64,000 nt of DNA. Source: Octopus vulgaris. Taxonomy: Eukaryota. The notes under the pieces were generated by a model. It worked only from the letters and a program-made list of their open reading frames with translations, ran no database searches and was not told where the DNA came from. Positions 52,240-64,000 of the stretch are shown in pieces. The position numbers and the translations under genes are program-made. Every line of letters begins with the position of its first letter. Position 1 is the first letter of the stretch. The stretch covers positions 54,374,001-54,438,000 of the forward strand of contig OX597822.1 of assembly GCA_951406725.2 (NCBI GenBank), given 5' to 3'.

Positions 52240-53060
52240 AAGGCAGCGAACCGGCAGAAAGGTTAGCATGCCGGGCGCAATGCTCTGCGGTATTTCGTCT
52301 GCCGTTGCGTTCTGAGTTCAAATTCCGCCGACGTCGACTTTGCCTTTCATCCTTTCGGGGTCAATTAAATAAGTACCAGTTACGCACTGGGGTCGATGTA
52401 CTCGACTTACACCGTTTGTCTGTCCTTGTTTGTCCCCTCTGTGTGTAGCCCCTTTGTGGGCAGTAAAGAAATAGTTATTTCGTCTGCCGCTACATTCTGA
52501 GTTCAAATTCCGCCGAGGTCAACTTTGCCTTTCATCCTTTCGGGGTCGATTAAATAAGTACCAGTTCCGCTCTGGGGTCGATATAATTGACTTAATCCGT
52601 TTGTCTGTCCTTGTTTGTCCTCTCTGTGTTTGGCCCTTTGTGGGTAGTAAAGAAATAAGTATTTCGTTCTGAGTTCAAATTCCGCCGAGGTCGACTTCGC
52701 CTTTCATCCTTTCGGGATCGATAAATTAAGTATCAGTGGCGTACTAGTGTCGATCTAATCGACTGGCACCCTCCCACAAAATTTCGGGCCTTGTGCCTAG
52801 AGTAAAAATGATTATAATTAGCTAAAATAATAGTAGTTTCTCAAGGCAGCGAGCTGGCAGAAACGTTAGCACGCCGGGCGAAATGCATAGCGGCATTTCG
52901 TCTGTCATTACGCTTTTTAGTTCAAATTCCGCCGAGATCGACTTTGCTTTTCATCCTTTCGGGTCGCTAAATTAAGTACCAGTTGCGTACCGGGGACGAT
53001 CTTATCGACTGGCCCCCTCTCACAAAATTTCGGGCCTTGTGCTTAGAATAGAAAAGAATT
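52240..53060 (+). mobile_element. Tandem cluster of four family-2 SINEs (two 5'-truncated)
   Basis: Heads at ~52242 and ~52845; 'gagttcaaattccgccga' four times. Confidence 0.88.
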
Positions 53061-53134
53061 ATATTATCTTCTCTTTCATCGTTTCATTTGAAGCCAAAAT
53101 ACCTTGATGTATTCTAAGTAGATATCTCACTTTT

Positions 53135-53777
53135 AAAAGACATGCAATAGCGACGAAATCGTCCAAGTAGATGTAGACGTTTTTAAGGAGTGCCTACACA
53201 TTTCTTGTGTCACTGAAGAAAAAAAAAAAGAAACTATAATCGTAATATAATAAAGCAGGAGATAATTAATAGAATCTAATCGAATGTTTTATTGTATTGT
53301 TTGTGTGACGCTGTTTTGTCAATACGTACTATTAACAAAGGAAAGAAATTCATCCAATCGCAGACAGTAACGTACCAGACATCATAAATTGACATCTTGC
53401 TCGAAGAGGGACAGCTGTGTGCGCACACATGTTTATACATACATACATACATACATACATACATACATACATACATACATACATACATACATACATACAT
53501 GCTTACACACACATAGGAAGGATTATATTCCAAGCTGTGAAGCATATCTCCGTATTCCAGTGATTAAGTCTGTCTGTAGATGTTTCATTTTAAATGATAA
53601 AAATCATACTTAAAGACATATGCAAAAGCGATGAGATTGTCCAAGCAGATGTTGACGATTTTAAGGAGTGGCTACACATTTCTCGTGTTACTAAAAGAAA
53701 AGAAAAAGAAACTATAATCGTTATATAAAACAAGGAGACAATAAATAGAATCTAATCGACCGTTTCATTGTATTGTT
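53135..53777 (+). repeat. Diverged ~165-bp direct repeat (53135-53301, 53612-53777)
   Basis: gtccaag..atgt.gacg.ttttaaggagtg.ctacacatttct...aaactataatcgt...aatagaatctaatcga in both. Confidence 0.8.
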
Positions 53778-53778
53778 A

Positions 53779-54400
53779 TACGTGGTATGTTCAGTAAGTA
53801 TCCGGACTGTTGCCTTAGTAACAAAGCTAAAGCACGCAGAGTTGAAGCCGCTTGGCTCAGATTGATCTTGGACTCCTCCGTGCATGCGTACTTAGTTTTA
53901 ATATCCTAGCTCACTACCGCTGTTTACAGCAGTGCTGGGAAGGAAGGTGTATAGCGTGTGACCGTCGCATTGACAATGACATAGAAATTGAACAGAGAAT
54001 CTGCATCAAATTTTGACAAAAGCTTGGCGATACCTGCTCAGAGGCCTACGCAAAGTTTTCAGAAAGTTTTCATCGTTCTCGATACAATCAAGGAAATCTT
54101 GTGCAACTGAAACCCGAGTGTCTTTTTGGTCAGCTGAAAGCAGTTTTGGCACAAACTTGGCAGATACGCATTTCATACCCAAATATTCAGAGAGGGACTG
54201 AACGTAACTAATCTGTACATCCTCTGATAACTCACGGATGGTGATTCAACGATTTCCTCTCACAGCTGCATGCACATCTGCGATGTCTTTTTTTTTTTTT
54301 TTCAGTTCTGCTGGTTGCGGGTCTCCCAGAACGTTCGTCAATATCTACATTTTTCTGCCATCCTAGAAACGAACGACTCACTCGTACACTTGATCAGACC
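53779..54400. mobile_element. Rearranged mariner remnant
   Basis: TIR-like tacgtggtatgttcagtaagtatccggact; EQRICIKF N-terminus; inverted internal piece (GRP / MKCVSAKFVPKLLS). Confidence 0.65.
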
Positions 54401-54722
54401 ACGTATATAGTTTTCCTTTATTGAAACTGAAGCTGGGAGTTTGTCTCGCAACTCTAGTTCCACGATACTGTGATCTTTCATTTGAATATCAACATGTATT
54501 TCTCATTCAACAAAACAACCAGTATTTTGAACGTGTGTATTTAATTTCGTTTATTGTAGCTGTATCACTTATGGATACATATATATACTCAACAAGTTGT
54601 GTCACTAATTAAGTATATGTAGAAAACAAAACAAAACATGCGAGATTGTTTAAGATAATTAGTGACCATCTTACGTACGTTTCATTAACATAAGGTGTTT
54701 ATTAGTTACATAATGCAAATTA

Positions 54723-54969
54723 TTGGGTTGTTGCATAACTATTGCGGTTTTTTTCAACAAATTTTATTCAACAAAAGCAATATTATGTAATAAAAACATC
54801 TCTAAATGATTATTCCGGAGCATATTCACCATCTACTTCAATTATTGCTTCCCATTTGCTTGGTAGACGGTCAGACCGTCATTTAAAGATATTTTTGTTA
54901 AATATTGTTATTGTTTTTGTTGAATATAATTTGTTTAAAAAAAGCCGCAATAATTATGCACCAACCCAA
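54723..54969. mobile_element. Tc1/mariner MITE
   Basis: ttgggttg.tgcataa.tattgcgg / ccgcaataattatgcaccaacccaa with TA flanks. Confidence 0.85.
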
Positions 54970-55221
54970 TACATAATCAAGACGTGATGTCAAACAAGCT
55001 AGAAACATGTAAGTTTTGTACGTAACATTACTAGATTAAAGCGACGTTGACAAAATATACCGGAGTGGAGGTGAAAATCAACTGTCTTGTTTATATGTAA
55101 TTTGGATAAATAAAAGTATTTTAAAAACTCACAAAGTACCATCTAAATTACCTGTAATTATTTATTCTTGTACGTCGGTTTACTTTCTTTACAGTATGGC
55201 GTGAGTGCTGAGCAGTTGTAT

Positions 55222-55920
55222 ACAGGGTGTTCGGGCTAAATTGGACAGTTTGCATAAAAGGAAAAGGAGACACAACACCCCATCCAAAAATGAAATTATC
55301 TTAAAAAGATCAAAAAATTATTAATTTAATTATGACTGGGAGATAATAGTTTGCTCTAAGTAACCGCCCTCAGCTTCCACTGCGGCCTCAAGACGGTTCC
55401 AGAACCTGGTGCGTGCTTTCCTCACTGTGTCCACGGGGAGATCTTCGAACACCTCCTTGATCTTGGCCACCAGACCGGCCTTGGTGTTGCAGATGAGATC
55501 ACAATCGGGAAATTAGGTCAGAAACACGGGCTGTTGTAATCGTAGAAATTTTTTGGTAAGCACTTTTGACTCTTTCTAGAGGTATGGTAAGGTGCTGAGT
55601 CCTACTGTCACACACATATGGCCTTCCATCAGCAGTCATCTGTAGCTAGGATTGACCGCAGTCTGCAGCAGCATCACATTGTCGTCTAAATTAAGTCTAA
55701 GACCCTTTTCAAAGATGTGGGGCAGCATGACGTTATCCGCACTGGAGACGCATCAAAAGATCGTCACGGTTTGGGGGATCTTGGTTTTCCTGATACGTGG
55801 GACATTACATGGATTGTAGGTAAGCCACTTTTTGTACCAGATCTTATGCAACTGGTCCTTGAAGAAGTTCTTTTCATCTGAGAACAACAAGAACATACCC
55901 GGATCAATAAGATTCTCAGC
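55222..55920 (-). mobile_element. Decayed Tc1/mariner transposase remnant
   Basis: TA-CAGGGTGTTC end; minus strand FSDEK.F, YV.Q.DSAP.HTSRKSQK, ACTRF.NRLEA.VEAEG.Y. Confidence 0.7.
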
Positions 55921-56329
55921 TTGGTCAGAAACTTATTTCCTTCAAACGGTTCCTCTTGGCATTGGCTATCAAAATTTGTCCTTTGCGCCTCCAGTACGAG
56001 TGATAACTAATGCCCTTATTCAGGACCAGCTTCGTGGGAGCGACTTCTCTCATCTCTCTCTCTCCAAAGCCAAGATTCCCTTGCTCAGATCTTTCATAAT
56101 CTTGTTCTATAGTTGTTGGACGAATTGCAACATACGTACACAGTCAGAACGCCTGCTGTGCCCCGTCCTACTGGCTACGGCTTTGTAGTCTCTGCTGCAT
56201 CTGTCCATGTTATGTCTTACAACATTCACAGCATTCGCAGAGCATTGAGCAGCACCCTTGATGTCGGTATCTTGAAACCCAATGCGAATCACCATGATAC
56301 AGGCTACTTTTTTCCAGTGTACAGATAGC

Positions 56330-57537
56330 TCCCAGATTACCATGTCAGCTAACTTTTTCTCAGCTACAACTTTAATTTTGTCCGGATCTCTAGGTAGAGA
56401 AGAAGACGAGTAGGGTAGCCAGTTTCACCCAGAATTGGGTCGAGAGAAAGTTATCCTGAAGGTCGTGTAGAGGTGACGAATGCTTGTATCGCCTCCGGTA
56501 CGAATGCTTATATCACCTCCCGTATGTATTACCGCCTGACCGTTGTGCCTTGACGCCTGACCAAACCAGCGCATACACTTTCACCTTTTGTGGAAGGGAC
56601 GCATTCCATTTGTCAGGCGCCCTATTTGTTGTCAACATCCGCTGAATGGAGGGCTGGATATGCCGTAGCTGCTGATCGCCGACACGCTCTAAGGGTACGG
56701 CATCTCCAATGCTTCTCCGAAGGTGAATAGAGGTGATCGCCGTTTGTCAGACAAGATTTTCCACAGGTCGTCTTTTTGTCTGAACTGCAGTCCTGGATCA
56801 AGTGTAGAGCTAGACAGGGCGCGTGGCGCCTTAAATATCGTCTAGCGCTCACAGTCTTCTGTCAGTCGAGCAATGCAGTCGGTGGGAGTTCCACTCTGGC
56901 GCTCTATAGAAGGTTAGCGGCGGGCAAGTACGACTACGTTCTCGGGGAAAATCAAATGGCTAGTCAGTTCCGGAAGACTTTCGAGACGGACGTATGGATA
57001 ATTTCCAGAATCCTAGGTCTAGCAGTGCCACCGGGGTGGTATTCCCGTTTCGGTATAAACTCTAAGGGCATGAAAGTACCGTCAGCCAGCCTGCATGTTT
57101 CTTTGCCTGGTGGCCTTAGCGAAAGAGGTTGTGTGGTGGACCATATTGAAAGGGCTGAAGACAGACACTACACTTTGGCCAAGCTCTCATCAACTTTTCC
57201 AAGCTTCACTTGAAAAGGAAAGTGAGGGTAGAGAGTTTTGTTAAACGGTGGATGTATGTTGGCAAGAATGGTCCGAGTGAACTTTAAGAATGCGCCTATA
57301 GACGATAAAAATAGGGTACATGCCCTAGTGGTTAGAGCCTATCTGGTTTTGTGGGGTTTCCGTGAGCATCACTCGGAAGTCTCCTTCTTTTGAGGAATTA
57401 TCCATTATTAAAATTTATTTTATCGTTTTCACTGTCGACACTCCCCATTTTATGTAACCTCACACTGCATTATCTTGTACCGTGCTCGATGTGTCATTTG
57501 TGAACCCTTAGAGGTCAATAAAGAAAACATATTATTA

Positions 57538-57601
<64 letters not shown>
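56330..57601 (+). mobile_element. Decayed Tx1-like LINE 3' fragment ending in AATAAAG + (ATT)n
   Basis: YRLTVVP, F..LWKG, LQSWIKCR similar to 16990-17300. Confidence 0.6.
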
Positions 57602-57602
<1 letters not shown>

Positions 57603-58886
57603 AGCAAACTTCAAGTGTTTCTTACCCTCAATTGCTAGTTTCAGTAATTCGTTATTGAAACTACTATTTTTATTAAAACATTACTTCAAAGTTTTAATGG
57701 TAGCTTTATACTCATTGAATCTCTGGTAAATTTAAGCCTAATGAAGACCTTGAAAAAACTAATTTACGAACGAGAAAATATTTTTAAACATACAGTTAAT
57801 TCGTCATCTTAGACCAAACCGGCAAATTTAACATACACGCTTACAAGTTGCCTGCTTATTTTTCTTACGCTCATTAAGTTAATTATCATTACTGATAAGT
57901 TAATATATTCGCCACTATTATTAACAATTTTAATTTTACACTCTAGTTGTTTTTCTTTCTGATAACCCATCTCTGATCCAGTAATAATATCTGACTCATG
58001 TCTCGCACATCTTACTCTAACATTTAACACAACTTTTCTTTTTTCTTTCTTTTTTGTCGTCGAACCTTTTATTTATATACAAATATTCTTTTCCTTTTTC
58101 CTTAGAAAAATTATTTCACCAAATCAAAAACTTCAAGCACAGATCTACAATGTCTCTCATTACCTATATTTTGGTAACGTATTTTAATTCGCCATTTCTA
58201 TCTATCTTATATCGTAACTCGAGCATGTTACCATATGGGACATGTATTTCCAGTCGTTTACAGGTAGAGGTCAACCTTCATTGAGTAGACTTATGAATAA
58301 AAGTATTCCTACCATGACCATCTCCTCTGCTTAGAGTAGTGTAGGACTACGTTATATTATATGTTTTACCCTTTTATATTACGGTTGCTTATGATTTGAA
58401 AGAGCCTTGGTTGTGAATTCAAATAAGTTGAACGACCTCAAAGAAACTCCTTCTTTGGCTAATGTTTTCCAATTTGTCTTATAGTGTACTATTAAATTTA
58501 ATGATTTTTGATTATGATAATAATCATTCGTTATTCATATTTATCTGAGCATTGTTATTAGAATTTGGTTATCCAGTGTTAAGTAATATTAGAGATCAAA
58601 TGAATATGATAACGATAACACACCCACTCACTCTCAACACACGCCGGCAGATTCAAACGTGAATATTTGATTATCATTGATTTTTGTCATCTATATTGGC
58701 AACTGATTATTATTTTTCTTCTTGTTAGTACCTCTGTGTGATCAGTATCCTCCTAAAATTATACATTGTACCCTAGCGTCTTCAAACAAGAAAAAGGAAG
58801 AGAAATTTGCATTCAGTAATCTTAGACCTAAAGATATAATCTGGGCGGGAAATAAAAACAGGATTGCCGCGGTTAGAACATCTTTG

Positions 58887-59880
58887 GGCGCTTCTTTAGA
58901 AGCGCACCTCTCAAAGAAAATGACGCTTACTTGTAAAAAAAAAAAGTTAGGAAAATGAGAAATATATCCAAAATAAATGAAGTATGCAAAAAATTAAGAA
59001 GATTCATCTATTTTTAAATATTTTATACAAAAAGATAAAACAAACGGATAACGGGCACTTGCGAATATAAACAAACATGTCAGACGATACAAGGGGCGGT
59101 AACTTACTTTTACCAGTCATATTGTTAATGATACAAGGAGCCCGACAATATCATCTGCGAATTGTAAGAGCGTTTCACAATCATTTTCTTAAAAGACAGT
59201 TTATAACTAATATATTCTACTATGTCAAATTTTGTGCCTGAACGGGAAATTTTTAATGCTATGACCTTATTTCGCCTCGGAAGAGATTTGGGAACAACGG
59301 AAAGGCCATTGACTGGTGTAGAAAATTTGGGTTACTATCAAGACAAGAAATTTGTTGTAGAGTGCCCTAACTTGCATGCGTCTTAAATGTATTTACTCTA
59401 TTGTTTTATAATTATTTCTGTTGTATATCACATCATAAAATGAGCGAAGTTAAAGCGAGTTCACACCACCTAACCCTAAAACTAACCCTAAAACTAAAAC
59501 TAACCCTAACACTAACTCTAACCAGTTTGCACAGTAAAAATCTGAATAAAACAATCAAGAATTTGCAAACGTTATTGTCGGGACCCTAATATCATTAATA
59601 ATACCTGATACAAGTTACCACCCCTTGTATCGGCCGACGTGTTTGTTTATATTCGCGAGTGTCCGTTTTCTGTGTTTTATTTTTTAGTATAAAATATTTA
59701 AAATTAGATGAATCTTCCTAATTTTTTGCATACTTCATTTATTTAGGATATATTTCCCATTTTCATAATATTTTTACGGAAATGTACTTGCATAGCAAGA
59801 GATTTGATCTGAGATCGTGTGCTGAAACGAAAATAATATTTTTAGAAATTGTCATTTTCTTGGAGAGAGCTGAACAACAT
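58887..59880. mobile_element. ~1-kb MITE with long imperfect TIRs and internal (CCCTAA)-like repeats
   Basis: 58960-59105 is the reverse complement of 59612-59757; left-end fragment also at 51113-51190. Confidence 0.78.
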
Positions 59881-60637
59881 GTCTGCTCTCCCCCTCTCCC
59901 CCTTTCACTCCATCTCTCTCATGCACATTGCACATACACACACGCTCTCTCTCCCTCTTTCTCTCTCTCTCCACACACGCACATACTCTCTCTCTCTCTC
60001 GTAAGTGCACGCGTGTAGGAACAAGAGTGGGCGTCATTGTTGACTTGATACTAACATCTCACGTGAAAATCTTGAACTTAAATGCTTAACATTTGGTTGT
60101 AGTCATAATATTTAGTCTGTATGATATCTGCTTTAAGTAAAAAGAGTTCATAAATGCTCTCATTCCTAAAAATGAGCACTCTTATAAGTTTGTCCTAAAC
60201 GTCCATGCTCGTTTTCAGACTTCTAGTTAGCCCTTGTTTCATACATTCTGAGTAATATTAATCTTTCCTTTCATAAGTACCAAGTTACGCTGGTAGTTGG
60301 GAAAAAATTGGGAACGTGTATCATATATAATGCATAGGCACACCAGGGAAATATGCTCCGAGTATTACCTGTGATACACACGACAGGTACGAAATACGAA
60401 TAACACCGTAGTTTCAGAATAGGGTCTTGCATTTTGTCTTTGCAATTGAGTAAGTGACATTTAAAAAATGGTAAGCGTAACACTTCCTCCTGGGGCGAAA
60501 ATCATTTACATAAATCAAGATTTTTTTGTTATGTAGTATTTGATATACCTGTATTTGTCTATGTTGTTCGTATAAATGCCACTGGTTACGCCGAGTTATT
60601 TTAGTTCACTCATTTTTGTTTAATTAAAACATTTTGC

Positions 60638-61010
60638 TAGGCTGTGTGGTAAGAAGCTTGCTTCCCAACCACATGATTCGGGCTCAGTCCCACCGCGTGG
60701 CATTTTGCACAAGGGTCTTCTCCTATATTCTCGAGCCGACTAAAGCCTTGTGAATGGAGTTAATAGACGGAAACTGAAAGAAGCCCGTCGTGTATGTGTG
60801 TGTGTTTGTCCCACCACCACTGCTTGATAACCGGTGTTGGTGTGTTTATGTCCCCGTAATTAAGCGGTTCGGCTAAAGAAACCGATAGAATAAGTACCAG
60901 GCTTACAATATAGTAAGTACTGGAGTCGATTCGTTCGGCTAAAAAAATTTTTTTTAAGCGGTGTCCCAGCATGGCCGCAGTCTAATGACTGAAGCAATTA
61001 AAAGATAAAA
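60638..61010 (+). mobile_element. Full-length family-1 SINE
   Basis: tRNA-like head ggctgtgtggtaagaagc..., body, tail gcggtgtcccagcatggccgcagtc. Confidence 0.88.
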
Positions 61011-61439
61011 GACAAAGCACCATGATCTCACAGTCCCCGTAGTCTGAAGTAGAATCTGAATGTGGTTCATCAGTTGCCAAAACCTCAACTGGATGTGAAG
61101 AAACGGGACCTGATGAAATCGACTGAGCATTGGCCGAATGGCATACGTGCAATATTTAATGCAGCTATTGTGTTGAGTCAAAAGTTTTGTAATAGTTTGG
61201 TAACTTATTTGCTTTATTCATCAAGTTACATCAAAAGCAGCCACATGTCTGCTATCACTCTCTTTCTCTCTCCCTCTCACCCACTTTCTCTCATTCACAC
61301 ACCACACTTTCTCTCTCGCACATACGCACATACACTCTCTCACGTCATTGTTGATTTGGTGCTAACATCTCACAATCCTATCTACCTGAATTGGAACAAG
61401 TAATAATTTGAGGGGGATATTTTTCCGCAATCCTAACGT

Positions 61440-61990
61440 GCATAAGTATTGGTTAATCAAGGATCAGATTCTGGAAGCTGTCGCCAAATATGGGCATTTC
61501 GAAAACAAGGAGATGCTCTGCGTCTGGCAGAATTATGAGGGGATAATTCCCTACGACTTTGTTGCAGACGGTTGAACCATCGATGCCAACTGGTAAACAG
61601 AAAGCGATCTCTTCTACAGCAAAACAACTCTTCTGCAGTATGACCACTCGAACAACCCGAAATATACTCCAGAAACTTGAGGGAATCGAAATGATGCCAC
61701 ACCCAGCATAGAGTTTGGACCTAGTTTATTACTTGTTCCGTTTCAAGGACCAGATTCTTACTTTATACGCTCACGACGCTTCATCAACCAAGAAGGAGTG
61801 GAAGCTTCAGTGAACAAGTTCTTCGCCTCGAAGGAAAAGAACTGGTCTCAGCGTAGGATCAGAGAACTAGCAGACAGGTGGCTTCAGACGGTGCAACACG
61901 ATGGCCTCTACCTTGAATGCCAGGCTGTTTTTGTGTAACTTGACGAATAAAACAAAAAAGTTACCAAAATATGCAAACATTTTGACTTAA
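61440..61990 (+). mobile_element. Decayed mariner transposase 3' remnant
   Basis: MPHPA*SLDL, FFASKEKNW, IRELADRW..V..DG.YLE. Confidence 0.7.
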
Positions 61991-62494
61991 TAAGATAAAA
62001 TATCTGGGGCCATTCCTGCCCATTACAAAGAAACGTAGACATTGGCAGTATTTGAACAGCAAGGCGTTGTAGTTATCATGACCGAGTGTCTGCTAGGCAT
62101 ACAGAAGAAGGAAGAGTATATCAAAAAGACATTTTTGAACATTAGGTACAAAACGATGCTTGGTTTAATACGTTTGAAAGTAGAACTTAATGAAAATAAG
62201 ACTGAAACGGCATATAAAGTTTCATAGCTACACATAGTTACGTAAAATAAACAAAAAACAAAAAAACTGGAAGTTGATATATCGTGATGCAAAAAAATTT
62301 AGACTTATTGCAAAAAATTGATCGCCGAACATTGAAGCTTCTCGCACGAAAAAACTGTTCAAGTACAAAAAAGCCACTTACTATATATGATAATGTTAAT
62401 GATGAACTTTTAGATGGATGTAGTCTCACGGTGGAACCATATAATAACGACTTCGTTCAGAAGACTGGAATAATGCATATATGTACCAGAGGAG

Positions 62495-62531
<37 letters not shown>

Positions 62532-63296
62532 CAACCGAGTAAAAGTTTGAGAGAGTTTTATTGATATGCTAACATGTGTGTGCGCGCGCGCGCGATATGT
62601 ATACAGGATAATTGATAGGCTGTCATGAGAACAAAGTACATGTGTGTATAGATATGGATGTATGCGTGTGCGTTAAGAACATATAAGAATAGAAATGAAG
62701 ACGGTGAGAGAGTCTATAATGAGAAGTTAGATGAATGTTCATAGACACAAGAATAAGAAATACTATTTCGTAGTCAATTGTACACGGTCATAGAAATACT
62801 GTATCAAAAAGTCGCGGCGATAATGCTGAGCCGGTTGCCGTACATGTTGTGGCTGTAATGCTGCTGCCTGGATCACTTGTACAGGAGTTCTCGTAGGTTG
62901 TATATTCGCTGTTAAACCATGGTGAATTCACAAACAGTGCTATGTTGAAACCTGTGCTAGTTGCTGGTTGCTGTGTATGTAGAGAGATGATGTTGACGAC
63001 GTTAAGAAAACGGTGGTGACAAAGACAGAGGTTGAGTCTGGCATTGTCGCTGGAACTGGCTGTATCTTGTGTGGTCAGTGGCTAGACCTTAAAAGGTCTG
63101 GAACTAAAGTTATTCTTTATTTCCCACAAGGGGTAAACACAGAGGGGACAACACAAAACATGTGGGGACAAAAAAAAGGAATGAAAGAAAATGAGATGTA
63201 AATGAAAATTGAAAAGATGAAATGAAGCTTTTCAGCCCCACCTCCGAGCAACTTCATTTATTTTGTTAATACGACCTTAATTCAATCCAACTCCAT

Positions 63297-63340
<44 letters not shown>

Positions 63341-63342
<2 letters not shown>

Positions 63343-63381
63343 TAGCATTATGACCCGTCGTTGCCGGGTCATAGTGCTAGT
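63341..63381. mobile_element. Helitron-like 3' terminus (hairpin + CTAG), itself palindromic
   Basis: actagcattatgacccg tcgttgc cgggtcatagtgctagt. Confidence 0.5.
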
Positions 63382-64000
63382 GCATGTATATATGTGTATA
63401 TATATGTGTACATATTACATGTACATCTATATATATACATCTACAGATAAAATACAAAATACAAAATTATATCTTGATATCGCTAGTGATAACAATACTC
63501 AAAATATATAACAGACTGGAGTTGTAGGCCCGTCTCTTGCAATTTCGATCAATTGTATCTTGTCCTCCCTCTTGTATAGAAGTGTGGCTACAATCCAGCC
63601 TACCTCTACTTCTGGGGGGGGGGGGCATTTTAAAATTTTTATCCGGGACGTCCTACGTCCCAGATATAAAGGTAAAAATCAAATATTTCCACTTTGCAAG
63701 GTTCGAGTCGAGTACTCCCTTGCACGCTCCGTTGACTCGAACCTTGCTTCTATTGTGGCAAATTTACCGCCTCTGGTTAGATATCTTTCATAGTCGCACC
63801 AAGACACTTTTCGATGGTGTTTTCCTCCAGGTGTTCAAATCCTTTTTTTTTTCTCTACATTGTATACTTTATAGACAATAGTCTTTTCTTTAATTTAATT
63901 TTTTATTCCGTTTGATGGTGTTATCCTAGATTCATCGTCTTTGTCGGTGATCAATCCGAAATAGGTTTGTATTTCATCCATTTTAATTCTAGTGAGTTCG

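Noticed and set aside
59468-59523. Interstitial telomere (CCCTAA-like; also TTAGGG at ~15219 and ~51593)
   Set aside because: Short, degenerate and internal to MITEs.
61105-61145. CUGAUGA-containing hammerhead candidates (also ~9826, ~14027, ~61067)
   Set aside because: No properly placed stem II/GAAA/stem III/stem I.

Overview
AT-rich, repeat-dominated eukaryotic DNA. Its SINEs, MITEs and (TA/CA)n tracts look like an Octopus (cephalopod) genome; this is inferred from repeat style only. The only host gene I can support is a minus-strand, two-coding-exon LicD/FKRP-family type II membrane nucleotidyltransferase (11128-10699 joined to 7077-6458, 349 aa). The rest is microsatellite plus transposons: a Penelope-like element (RT + GIY-YIG), a near full-length CR1-group LINE with three truncated relatives, Tx1-like remnants, tRNA-derived SINEs, and Tc1/mariner, hAT, Merlin-like and Helitron-like pieces. 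The main hidden signal is RNA-level. I can fold 13 type I hammerhead ribozyme (HHR) motifs, from 7 unrelated sequence families, in this 64 kb. They include a 3.2-copy tandem array of a 536-bp non-coding monomer with one canonical hammerhead per unit (retrozyme/circRNA-like), a tRNA-headed hammerhead element with an inverted terminal duplication and TSD, and a Penelope family with a non-canonical CUGUYGA core. Almost all long YI/HT/CV-rich ORFs in the ORF track are microsatellite artefacts. Coordinates were counted by eye; element ends may be off by a few to a few tens of bases.
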